Of a stretch of DNA of 64,000 nucleotides, positions 27,315 through 39,800 are shown piece by piece. How positions within the stretch are numbered: position 1 is the first letter of the stretch; every line of letters begins with the position of its first letter. The translations under genes and the position numbers were made by a program. The stretch is from Ptychomitrium polyphyllum. Its lineage: Eukaryota. The DNA lies in assembly GCA_973851085.1 (NCBI GenBank), contig OZ316776.1:6820001-6884000 (forward strand), in the 5' to 3' direction. The notes under the pieces are model-generated. The model searched no databases. It worked only from the letters and a program-made list of their open reading frames with translations, and was not told where the DNA came from.

Positions 27315-27358
27315 TAAGCAAGCCAAGAAGAAGCTCCTCATGGAACTTGTCCGTAAAT

Positions 27359-27368
27359 GAGAAGGTGA
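27359..27368 (+). other. Polypurine tract
   Basis: GAGAAGGTGA immediately precedes the TG of the 3' LTR. Confidence 0.7.
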
Positions 27369-27997
27369 TGTCACGGACATAGATCATATAACATACTCCT
27401 TAGAATATTCTAGAACCTTCTAGAATATTATAATAGCTTCTTAGAATACTTTTAGATGTCTCCATAGCCATTCCATATTTTTAGGAAGCTTCCTAGGAAA
27501 GTTCCTCCACCTTAGGAAATTTCGTAGGAAGGTTCTATCATCTTAAGTAACTTCTTAGGAAACTTCCTACAAAAATTCCATCACCTTAGGAAACTTTCTA
27601 GGAAGGTTCCATCATTTTAGGAAACCTCTTAGCAAGCTTCTACCTCTTTAAGGTTCCACTACCTTAGGAAACATGTTAAGAAGGTTCCAACTCCTTGGAA
27701 GCTTCTTAGGAAGGTTCCAACATCTTAGGAAACTTCTTGGGAAGGTTCCCTAGACTTCCAAAACATTCTTAAGCCTTGTAGGAAGCTTCTTTAGAAGTAT
27801 CCTAAAAGATACAAACGTCATAGTATAAATAGGAGGCAAGACAAGGTATTCCTTAGTCTTGCCAACACAAGTTGTGGATCATCTTGAATTCTGCCTTGTT
27901 CTAGTCTTTGTATCAAGTTCTTGTAAATCATTAGCTCTTTGGAAGCTAATTCTTGGGAAACACTTCGTTTCTGCTTCTTATTTCTTGTGTTCCTAAC
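27369..27997 (+). repeat. 3' LTR (TGTCAC...CTAAC; terminal A missing)
   Basis: Homologous to the 5' LTR and joined directly to an inverted LTR fragment. Confidence 0.93.
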
Positions 27998-28320
27998 TGA
28001 AACCTTCCTAAAAAGCTCCGAAGGAGTTGGAATCTTCCTTGGAAGTTTCCTATGATAGCGGAACCTTCTTAAGATGTTTCCTAAGGTATCGGAACCTACT
28101 TAGGAAGTTTCCTAAGATGATGGAACCTTCTTAGGAAATTACTTAAGATAATAGAAGCTTTCTAGGAAGTTTCCTGAGGTGGAGGAACTTTCCTAGGAAG
28201 CTTTTTAAAAACATTGAAAGACTTTGGAGACATTGAAAAGTATTCTAAGAAGCTATTATAGTATACTGGATGGTTCTAAAATGTACCATTGATTATGATG
28301 CATGATTTATGTCCGTGATA
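27998..28320 (-). mobile_element. Inverted partial LTR (U3 portion only) of the same family
   Basis: The reverse complement starts TATCACGGACATAAATCATG and aligns with 21377-21699. Confidence 0.9.
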
Positions 28321-28895
28321 GTCTCAAGATCTTCAAAAAAATTCGAAAGCTACCAATATCTTGAAAAATTTCTTAGAAATGTTAAATGGATTTCTAGAAC
28401 AATTTTAAACCTTGTATGAAGCTTCTTTAGAAGTATCCTAGGAGCTATAAGCATCATAATATAAACAGGAGTTTAGGCTAAGTAGACATGATGTGCATTA
28501 TCAACTATTAAAAGAATGATTGAATAGCCTATTTGACTTTGGTTGAGTTTGCTTATAATAAATCCGCTCTCAAATACACTTTTTTAAATATATTATAGCC
28601 TTGACAATGTCAAAATCTAAAAGTAGAATAGCTTGCCACAAAAATGGATAAATTTGAGGCAACCATGAAGACACTATTAGGAGAAGCTCAAATACAATAC
28701 AAAATATAAATATATGCAAGAAAAGAAGAACAATCTCCATTTCAAGTTAATGAAAACATGTGGTTCTTTCAACGCATTATAAAGGCCATCAATCCATGCG
28801 ACAAACTGGACTTTTGAAAAATAGAATCATTTGCAAATAAAAAACAAACAATCATGTAGTGTATTATTTGGAGCTACCAACATCAGCACAGGTAT
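28321..28895 (+). mobile_element. Decayed LTR fragment (~28400-28480) and integrase C-terminal (GPY/F-region) remnant (~28625-28890)
   Basis: GAAGCTTCTTTAGAAGTATCCTA LTR motif. The peptide LLGEAQIQYK..SPFQVNENMWF..PCDKLDF..YLELP parallels LQQAQNRYK..PKFKVGDNVWL..KLDY..YRLKLP of the main element. Confidence 0.7.
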
Positions 28896-28899
28896 TTCT

Positions 28900-29328
28900 T
28901 GTCACAGACATAGATTATGCAACATAGTCTTTTTAAACCTTTTAGAATATTTTGGTATATTATAGTACTCTCTTAAAAATACTTTCAATGTCTCCATAGC
29001 CGTTTCCACAACCTCATGAAATTTCCTAGAAGCTTCTTAAGAAGGTTCCACTATTTTGGGAAGTTTCCAAAGAAGGTTCCATAGATTTTTAGAACATTCT
29101 TAAGCCTTGGAGGAAGCTTCTTTAAAAGCATCCTAAGAAATACAAGCGTCATAGTATAAATAGGAGGCAAAACAAGGTATACTTTAGTCTTACCAACAAT
29201 AGTTGTGGATCATTTTGTAGCTTGCCTTGCTCCAGTTTTTGTATCAGTTCTTGTTAATCATTAGCACTTTGGAAGCTAATTCTTGGAAAACACTACGTTT
29301 TTGCTTTTTGTTTGTTGTGTCTCTAACA
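28900..29328 (+). mobile_element. Solo/orphan LTR, shorter U3 variant
   Basis: TGTCACAGACATAG...CTAACA termini; TATA box and R/U5 similar to the other LTRs. Flanks (TTTCT/AGAAG) do not form a TSD. Confidence 0.85.
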
Positions 29329-31700
29329 AGAAGCACTAGTCTTTGCTGCTCTCATAAATGTTCTAGCGCCAACAAAGAGAAGCCTTAGAGTCTTAGTTCT
29401 GTAAGATGCTTTAGCTTCTACTTTAGGCTTAGTTGTTATAAACTGCAATAATAGAAATTTTATTTTGCAAAATGCCCAATTTAATTGCAGTTTGTACTTT
29501 TCAAGCCAAAAAAGCTTTAAAATGATGGGAGTTGACAGACACCTAATGACATTTAATATCACTTGGCTATTTTGGTTGTCCAATGTTACTGTAAATGGAA
29601 TGATCTCATAAATAACATCTTCAGGGGATAACAATCGACCATTTATGACTTCTATATGGAAAAGTTTGGATTTTTTCTAATAATAATAAATTTATGGATT
29701 TTCAAAAAATCTTTGTCAATAGAACAAGCGAAGGTTTTTAAATCTATCAGTGCAAGGTTTTTGTACCTCTGAACACCTAAACAAATAGGTATAACAAAAT
29801 AAAATAAAAAATAAGCTAATAGAATAGGATTTTTTTTTTTTGTAAAAGAAGCAAATTCAGCCGCGTGGTTTCTATTGTGGCTAGACGTCCTCGTTTTTTG
29901 CAAAGCATTTGACATTGTGGTTATAGTCCTCATTTAATATATATGTCAAAGTTTCTCTTCGCAGTTTTCAACTTTGTAGCCAGGTTTTCTACAATACAAA
30001 CACAATCTGTAAGAAACACAAGAAATAAGAAACAGAAAAAAAGTGTTTCCCAAGAAATAACTTCCAAAGAGCTAATGATTAATAAGGACTTGATACAAAG
30101 ACTAAAACAAGGCAAGATTCAAGATGATCCACAACTTGTGTTGGCAAGACTAAGGAATACCTTGTCTTGCCTCCTATTTATACTATGACGTTTAAATCTC
30201 CTAAGATACTTCTAAAAGAACTTCCTACAAGGCTTAAGAATATTCTAGAAGTCTATGGAACCTTCCTAAAAAGTTTCCTAAGATGTTGAAATCTTCCTAA
30301 CAAGCTTCCAAGGAATTGGAACCTTCCAAAGAAGCTTTCTAAGGTAGCAGAACCTTCCTAGGAAGTATTCTAAGGTGGTGGAACTTTCCTTTGAAATTTC
30401 TTAAGATGATAGAATTTTTTTAGGAAGTTTCTTAAGAAATTATCTGAGATGATGGAGCCTTCTTAGGAAGTTTCCTAAGATGGAGGAACTATCCTATGAA
30501 GCTTTCCAAGAACATGGAAAGGCAATGGAGACATTTAAAAATATTCTAAGAAGCTACTATAATATACCACAAGGTTCTAGAATGTTCCAAAGACTATGTT
30601 GCATGATCTATGTCCGTGACACAATCCTTGTTTTCTTTGTCGCTTTTTCTCATATTTGGTAAGGGGCTTGAAATAAATTGCATCAATTTGCATGGCTTCC
30701 GCTTCAAATTACTTATTAGAAGAAGGCGGGGCCAAAATTATTGAAAAGTTGGTATATAGCCAAAGTATAGCCAAAGTCTATTTATCTTGTTAACATTGAA
30801 ATAGATAATCATTGCACTTCAAAGCTTGACTAATGGCCTCATTAAGAGTTTGAAGGACTGGCATGGCTAACAATAAATCTTTAACCTTGTTGCGTATGCC
30901 CTAATGAAATTGACTCATCAACGCTTCCTTACCTCAATTGATGTCGCATGTAAGTTGTTGAAATAACCATGCATAAATTGACATAGAACGTGGCCTTTGG
31001 CGCAAGGCACGAATCTTAGTAGTTGCAAATGGAACTTGTTATAGTCACCAAATACTACTGCAAATGCAATTGAAAACGCATCAAAGTTACTAAGAATGGA
31101 AGAATTCTTTTCAAAAAGTGGTTTAAATGAAGACAATGTTTGTCCTAATAACAATGTTTCTATCAAATCAATGCTTGAAGCTTCTATATGAATATTCAAA
31201 AGCTTATTGACTATTTATAATATGTTTTTTTCATTTTAGTGTTAATAATCTATAAACTAATATGCATAGTTTGTAGTTGTTTGCTGAAAATAAGAGAAAG
31301 AAATAAAAAAACAAATAAGAAGTGGTTTGTAAGGATTAGCTTCCAAAGAACTAATACTTTTCAAGAATTGATTCAAAGATTGGATTTAAGGCAGCATACA
31401 ATATGATTGATAACTTATATGGGCAAGACTAAGGTATATCTTGTCTTGCCTCTTATTTATATAATGATGCTTGTACTTCTTAAGATACTTTTAAAGAAGC
31501 TTCTTACAAAACTTAAGAATGTTTTAGAAGTCTATGAAACCTTCTTAAGAAATTTTCAAGAAAATAGAACCCTTCTAAGAAGTTTTTTAAAGAAACAAAA
31601 TGACTACGAAAGCATTAAAAATATTTGAAGAAATCACAATGTGTATTAAAAGGATCTAAAAGGATATAAAGACTATTTTGTATAATTTATGTTTGTGACA
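29329..31700 (-). mobile_element. Older minus-strand gypsy element remnant: decayed 5' LTR (~31280-31700), gag (~29880-31190, interrupted by a solo LTR) and protease (29329-29830)
   Basis: LALIDL..FACSIDKDF, EVINGRLL..DVI and LFVGARTFMRAAK match the main element's protease. LSSFKPLFEKNSSILSNFDAF..FGD and LCLYCRKPGYKVENC match gag. The LTR begins TGTCACAAAC at 31700. Confidence 0.85.
30008..30621 (-). mobile_element. Solo LTR with 5-bp target-site duplication CAATC
   Basis: TG...CA termini; CAATC at both 30003-30007 and 30622-30626. Confidence 0.93.
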
Positions 31701-34700
31701 TTTGTCATTAACTTACATTCAAGTTTTTAAAATCTACACAACCATTAGTAACGACAGCTTATGATAAATTAGTAGTTTTAAATTTGGATTGTTACATTCA
31801 AATTATTAGTTTTAAATTTATTATAAATTATTAATTTTGAATTTGAAATTATCATTATAAATTATAAGTTTTTAATTTATCATAATTCATTAGTTTTAAA
31901 TTTGGATGATTATTCAAATTTGGATGATTAGAATATAAACTATAAACATTATAAGATTTATAATATTTAATTTTTTTTATTATATAGTAATCAATTATGA
32001 TAATTTTTTTGATGATTCTATAAAGTAGCAATTACTAAAAACTTATTATTATTTTTAAAAGTAAAAAATGAAATTTCAAATCTAAATTAATTTAATTTTT
32101 AAAAACATTGTAAATGAGATTTTTGTTCTTTATAGATTTATTTGTTATAGATGGATTATTGTTTGAAAAATATTTTTTCAATATATAATAAATGTTTAAA
32201 AGTTTCAGTTTTTATAATTAACCGTCTTATACAAAAATTATTTTAAAGCTTTATAACATATTATACTAAAATATAAACAATTTAGAATGGTAGATTAGAT
32301 GATCCAGATAGAAATATCATAATTTCAATTGCTTTCTATAAAAGATTTGTTTGAATGTAAAATGCAAGTTCAAAATAACAGCTTTTACAAATTTTTGAAA
32401 AAAATAACAATTTAATCATTGATTATGTATTTGTAAAGATTGTAAACTTTTTTTACTTGCACATTATATATAAGAAGTTGTTCAAAAAGGAAATGTAGTT
32501 AAATGGACATAAAACAACTATTAAATTATCAAAAAAGTACATTAATCATGACTTTAATGCAATAATTGTAAAATAAGATCTTTTATTTTTACAATAAATC
32601 TTACATTGTATTAGTTATAAAAGTGATAATGTAATTATAGCATTTTACAACAAAAACATAATTGAAGAATGATATTTTTGTCATAGTTTAATACAAATAC
32701 AATAATTATAATACTGACCAAAAATGACACATTTAAAAATAAATGGAAGAATAAAGATTGTAATAATATTTGTATTCTTATTAAAATAAAGATATTACTT
32801 TTGAATAAATTTTTTGCAAGAAATGATGTCATGAATTCAAATGTACAATATTTGTAAGCTATTATTGTGAAAAAACTCAAGTGTAGCTTTTAATAAATTA
32901 TTACATTAAAAAGCATAGAATTTCATTTAAACTTGAACTTAAAACTTTCAACTTTGATAATTGAATAATTTAAATGTTGGATTATATTTAACAACAAGAA
33001 TCCAACAAAATTCATATTTAATACATTTAAATAGAAATTAATCATAAATAAAAATTGAGTCCATTTTATTAATATACAAATTGAATTTAGTTATTCAATA
33101 TTTTGTAAATAATATTTATTATGTATCAACAATGACACATATAATAATGAATTAATTTAAATGAAATTTTTGAAGAATGATAACAATGTACTTATTTGAA
33201 GAATGTAGCAATAATATTATTAAAAATTTATAATTCCAATTTCATATGATGGCACCAAATTTCAATCTTTATGTATCATAATTATAGACCTTATTACATT
33301 GCTTTTGGAAATATTTTTAATTGTACACAATAATGCAATTTGAAAAATATTTAATGTAAAGAAAATCATTAAAATAAAAAAAGTTTAATTGTTGAAATTA
33401 TGAACATTGTATGAATTCATTTATAAATATCAAGAAATATCAAAATTGTACAAATTTTTATAATATTAAGATGAATTTAGATATTAATAATTTTTAACGT
33501 CTTCGTTGTATAACATAGTTTAATTTATTAGAAATAAACATGTCTATTTCAAATGAAAGATGAAAATATCTTTATATAACTTCATTAAAAAAAAAACAAT
33601 TAAAGAATTAATATTTTATATAGAATTCATTTTTTTGAACTTTTACATCTTTATTTTTTTATAATAAATTTTTATTATAGAATGGTAAGAAATAAAAATA
33701 ATGATTAGATTCTAGATATATGCCTTTAATATTCTAAAAAATATTGAAGTTTTTGAAGCCACTTAAAAGCGGTATTCTTTAATAATTAGATCATATTTAA
33801 TATAAATTTTATTAATACCATAAAGTTAAAATTTGAAGGTTCTTTAAAATCCAATTGTTTTTCATTTAGATTATTATATAGTTGCTTAAAGCTTATGATG
33901 CTTAAGACAATGAAAGTAATTCAATGACATTATATTCAATATTAGAATTTATTTTGAAAATTTTTAGTTTCCAATCATAAAATGAATTTATCATAGATTT
34001 ATAGTAGTATTTTCAAAAGTCCACATTTTTTGGATTTTCTAATTCATATTTTATAACATTTGTATTAATAATATAAGAAAAATAAAAACTTGGATGAAAA
34101 AAAAAAATAATCATATAAAATAATTTGGTTGAGTATGTTTATAATCCAAATTATAAATGTTGTATCTTTAAAAATACAATATCATTCATATTTGTATTAC
34201 AATAGTTAATAAATAAATAATTAAATACAACTAATATTATAATTAAGTACAACTATGGATAATTATAAGTAAAATAACTAATTTATACTTATATATAGAA
34301 TTTAATACATTTTTAGCATCTTTAAAGTTCAACTATTTTTGTTTATTAATGATTATTTATAGCACTGCAAAGTCCTAATATGCTTAGATGGTATCATTTA
34401 TATATGTTTTTTTTTTGAAGTTTATTTAGTACCATCATCACATCTTAAATCAACATTACTTTAATAATTCTTTAAATTCCATTAGTTGAATTTTATAAGT
34501 TTGGTAGCTAACTTAGTTTTGAATATATTGATGGTAATAAATATGTCTTAAGTAATTTTTATGAATATTAGATAGTTTTTTTCAATGAAATGAATTATTT
34601 CATATAAACTTGTAGATTTCTACATTCATTTGTAAATTGAATGAAAAACATTACCTTTCAAAATTTATACTATTTTTAATAATTTCTAAAAATTTCATTC

Positions 34701-35238
34701 TTTTATTTTTTTAAAATAAACTGAATTTTGATAAATTCATTTTGCAGAACATTATTATTCCTATAGTACCAACACCTTGCATCCCTGCTACATTATAGTA
34801 TCTAATTAGATACATAAAATTAGTATTATGAAAGAAAATAAAACAATGGTATTGTTCAAGATATTTTGGTACAAGTAGCTACAAGGTTTAAAAACATTTG
34901 AGATATATTACTACCAAAATACAACCCGGACATGACCCAAGTGTAAACTAATATCAACATGCAATCAAGGATATCACCAAGCATCAATCAATCCAGGTAT
35001 GGCATCTTTTGAAGATGCTACGAATATTCTTGGAATGTCCTACTCAAGGCGAATGTTAGAATCCACAGTGAAGACTCTTGTGAAAGAAGCGTATGCTCGA
35101 CTCGGCTCTTGGAGATTGATACCCGGATCCGCATGCGAGTTTAACCTGGGCGTTGGGCTTTCCTCTCTGAAAGCCTTGCTGCAGATAAGCTAAAGTAAGG
35201 AAATCAAATAGCTTTTCAAGCCAGCTTCCCCAAAAGTG

Positions 35239-35292
35239 CCACGTGGACCAATAAGCTGCGGGAAATTCGTTCTACGTCGACGCACCACGTGG
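35239..35292. promoter_or_regulatory. Two palindromic G-boxes (CCACGTGG at 35239-35246 and 35285-35292) upstream of the DUF639 gene
   Basis: Both read GCCACGTGG, in inverted orientation, at the AT-to-GC transition marking the probable promoter. Confidence 0.55.
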
Positions 35293-36886
35293 CGGGCGGC
35301 GAGAGAGAGGAGCCCACCAGCGAGGGCGATGGCAGGAGTTGTGGCGGGCGAAGCGCAAGCGGGGAGAGGGGGAGAGTGGCGATGGAGCGTCGCATCCATT
35401 GCTGAGCTTTGCGGAGCGTCTTCGGATCCAGTGCCTACACGCCAGCGGCGCTGCGCTTTTGCCACCGGCTGTGCCACCTCCTCCTCCTTGCTTTTCTGCT
35501 TCTTTTGAGCCGTCTCTCGCCCTCTGCCGTTGCAGGATTGCAACGATGTCGACAAACCCCTGCTCGCTTCTTTCTCTCTACTCCTTTCCGCAGGTGTTGT
35601 TGCATTGGAGTGCCTCGGAGTACGTGAGTACCTCATACAGAATGCGAATCAGGAGAGCCGGTCAACTCCCGCTCTCTTGAATCTTTGCTTCGTTCTGGTT
35701 TCGGAATTGCGGCTCGGGACGAACTTGGAGGCAGGATTTGTTGCGGTGTTGGAATTGTAGACGAGATTTGATAAGGCTACGGTAGAGTCGGGAGTAGGTA
35801 GGCTGGTGAACTCTCGCTCACGTGAACCTTTACTTCGATCAGGACTTGGAATTACGACTCGGGCGACCTCGGAGACAGGATCTGTTGTGGTGTTGAGGTT
35901 TTGGAAGAGGTTTGGTTAGGATACGGCAGATTTGGAAGGATGAGTTAGCGGTCGACGCCGTACGTTGAAGATTGGTATGTACATTGTTTGCTATGTATCA
36001 ATTAGCCTGGTGGTCTTTGTAGTCTCCCTCTCTCGTCAGGTGTTGTTGCATTAGGACGTCGAAGTGAGGTCTTGCATTAGTTGGGAAATAGGGAAGCCAG
36101 TCAAGTCCTGCCCTATCGATTTTTCACTAGGTTCGGGTTTTGGAACTGCGGCTCGGAACGAACTTGGAGATAGGATTTGTTGAGTTCTTGACGAGCTTAG
36201 ATGAGGAAACAGCGGAGTTATGAGGATAATTCCAGCAGCTGAAACCAGGAAGTTGTTTCCTTCATCACTTGGCGCGTCTGCCGATGCTTAGTAGAGTGCA
36301 AGTGATTTTAATGTGGATACTGGATCTGGTAGTACCCTAAGTTATCGCATAATCCGTGCTGGACCCCTTACATAACCCCTGGTCCTTTTATTTTCCTTGA
36401 GCTTCAGTAATGCTGACTTACGAACTAGTAATTCTGTTAGTCGTCATTAGGAGAGTTGTGTAACTCAACGAAGTTTTGGAAGTCATTACTGGTTAGAATT
36501 TTGAGTTGCTATTGTTCTTGTAGAGAATCGTCATTCCTTCAGGTGATTGAGGTACTTCATCTGTTTGCGCAGTCTTGTTACTTTTACTCGGTGCTAGGAT
36601 CCGGCTCTAATTTCACGAAGTTCGTAACTAGTAATTGATGTTTGTGTTATAAGTACTCCTCCAGTTTTGTGATAGCTGCTCACAAAGTATCACGTTATTG
36701 GAAAGGCTCAACTTACTTCGTTTGATGATTTGCAGGAACTACAATTTTGAGTTCAGAGATTCAGAATGCGAGCGAGCACAGGAAATTACAGGGTTATTTG
36801 TGCTGTGCAAGATATTGTTATTACCCTTTAGTTAGTGCTCGAGGAATCTTACAGTGGTGGTTGATTTACAAGCTCCCTTAGGTAAT

Positions 36887-39800
36887 ATGACAACAGTGAA
36901 ATATGCTGCGGCTTCTTCTCCATCAACAACCAGTACAACTGGAGTTACAATCTCTAGAACGCAATTGCAAATTAGAAACGGAAGTTGTCACAGAAGGATA
37001 CAAGTTGGGGTTGGCGGTGGTTGGCCAAAATCAATACGAGTGGGTGCTAAAAAGTTCCAGTTTTACAAGCTTCAGAGCTTTGGGTTCCACGATTTGGGTG
37101 AATCAGTGAGATCTAGGAACGGTTTGCGGTTAGATGGCGACAGGGATAATTCTGCTCACCGAGCAAACAGGCATCCAAAGTATTCTATTCGAGCAGGTAT
37201 GCCCTGCAATCAAGTTTCGTAAAAGAATTGACATACTGAAATAAAAGAATCGGAATTCACCAACTTGTTTGGTATGAGTTATTTGATGCACGATTTGTTT
37301 GATCTTTTCATTTCTTAACCAAAATGAAACTTTGCTAATATTTGGCAGAATTGTTTAGGTCATGAATAGATGTCACCACTCTTAGGCAGTTTTATCAAGG
37401 TAATTTTTGGTCCGCCTTGTAATTTGGTTCGGAAACCCTACCTTCAGTTGAAATTGACGGACTTTTGATCTGTAGAATCTAAATCTGCTGAAGTGAGGCC
37501 TGCTGAATCGAATCCGTGGATCCTCGCTAAATTTGAAATACCCAAGCAATTGCGGTTTTGGGAAGCAAATGAGCAGCGGAAGAAAGATGAAGTTTTAGCC
37601 TCAAAAGCGAGCATAGAGGTTGCAAAAGAGAGAGTGTATTCTGATTTTGAAGAGGAACTCTTATGTAAAGAACACACAGTGGATGCTCAAACGTCGAGAG
37701 GGCTACTCTCTCCATCTGCCATAAACACCATCGAACAATTTAGCAGGTTTGTTTACTGAGAATTTTATTTTCCTGCCATGGTTTTAAAGAAAAATTAGGT
37801 AACTAGCTGCTGATAAGACAACTAGCTAACGGTCTTATCATTTAATGGAGCATAATTGTGAGTTTTTTATTTGCCACATATGGCCATGAATTTTTTATTT
37901 CGTCTTTTTCTGAGGAAGTGCAGTGTTTTTACAGTTTTTGACGTTGTGCGTTGTTCATGTATTTAGATTAAATGGAATGACCGGAAAGAAAATGAGGGCA
38001 AACTTTGAAGCAACTGCATCTGTTTCTGTACAGAATGAGGCTCAGAATCTTGTAGAGTTCTGTGTTTTTCGTTATTTGGCACGTTCCGGTGCTGATGTTC
38101 ACCCTGGATTATGGGTAAAAATTTCTCGACCCTTTTCTTGGTCTACATGTCCTCTGTATCAGGAGAAACTAAGTAGTTTATTCTATGTATTATTCTGAAG
38201 TTTGTGAACCAGTTTCTATCTAACTGATGGATTTCGATCACTGCTAGCTCTCAGTTTATTAGGTAAAGATTTCTTTTGTCTTCATAATCTGAGGGTTGTT
38301 GGCATCCATACGTAAGTCCTTTAAACTGAATACGTCTGACTTAACAGGATGCAGCGTTCCGGCGATTGACCTTCACAGCGATGTTGGCTTGGCAGCGGCC
38401 TTACCAAGAGGATCTACGGGCTATTAGTGCTACTAATAATTCAAGTCCTGTGAGTACCCTACCAACTTTTGTAATTCCTGTGCGTTGATTGAAGCGTATA
38501 AGAACTGCAACAATCTACAATGTCACTCAGGCGCTAGTTTTCAACATATTGTAAACAGAATGTGATTATTGGTTTGATCAGTTTCATTATCCTATTCTCC
38601 CTTTGAATTCATTGAAAATTTGAATCGTTGTCAAGGAAAATATTGTGAAGAGCTTGAAGATGATTCTGTAGATTAAAATTTTATTTCCTGGCAGGGAAGA
38701 GGTTTAGTCGGAGAAGAAGCATTTGTTAGAATAGCTTCCTCGATTCCTGGAGCTGGGGATCGAGTGACAGCACACTCTCTGTATCGGGTCCTTACTCGTG
38801 ATGTGGAGGGGCTGTCATTTGAAACTTGGGACACATATTTCAAAGAGCTATGTGGGTGAGTACATTGCTAATACAGCTATTGAGATCTCCAGACAGTTCA
38901 TTTCGGTTGCATTGAAGATGATTTTGTAGATTAATTATATGGTTTTATCTGTGAACAATTTCAGAGTGGTCAACGTGATGCTTGTCATCCATCGTCAGTT
39001 TATTGTGTCTGTAACTTGTGGGATTACCTTCTGATGTTCATCCAACTATGTATCCATACAGTGTGTTTGATGAACGGAAGCACTATCAGGAGATGGAGGC
39101 CTCAACCCTCGGCCTGGAACCAGGCGAGGTTATCCTTAGTGTCGGGAAAAATAAACGACAACCGGTGCAGAAATGGTCTGGAACTATGGTGTGGCCTGGC
39201 CGACTTACACTCTCTGATCGTGCTCTATATTTTGAGGTATGTATGCTGATTTTTCAGATGAAAGTTGAGTATCAGGTCATCTATCTAAATAACGGTTTCT
39301 TTCAAAGCTCGAAAACTGTTAGAAACTGGGCTAGTTTGCTGATTGTACTTGCTATGTCATCTTCTACAATTCCTCTTTCCCATCCTTTCCTTTGAGATAA
39401 CTTCAATCTTGAAACTTGGTAAATCCAGCGAACTTTGATGCATGCAAGCATGCACAAGCAAATCATGCTTTCTAAATCATTCTTTGCTAGTACCTGAAGT
39501 TACCTTTGCTTCTTGCAGGCTAATAGCTTAACTGCACATCAAGCTCCTATTAGATTGGACCTGACACGCAGGGATGCCGTTATTGGCACTAAGAGAGTTG
39601 GACCATTTGGTGCGGAAGTCTTTGACTCTGCTATTTCCGTAGCCTCCAGCCCTGAGTATGCAATTCTTCCATTACTTGGCCAATTCCCATGCCTAGTTCT
39701 GCGTTGCTAATTATTCTTCTATGTTTCAACTTTGATTGTAATTTAGTAATTCCTCATCTTTTTCCTTGCAATCATCATTTTGTTTCCTCGCCTGAATTCC

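Larger units (their letters stand above)
21377..27997 (+). mobile_element. Ty3/gypsy chromovirus LTR retrotransposon (Tcn1/Tf1-sushi-like), near full length, decayed
   Basis: Direct LTRs at 21377-21978 and 27369-27997. Domain order is gag-protease-RT-RNaseH-integrase-chromodomain. There is a PPT before the 3' LTR and many stops/frameshifts. No matching TSD. Confidence 0.95.

Noticed and set aside
31700..34900. Extremely AT-rich tract; faint Helitron-helicase-like peptide (FKSNIFILIRI) near 32770-32810
   Set aside because: The similarity is explainable by composition; no diagnostic motif or termini were found.
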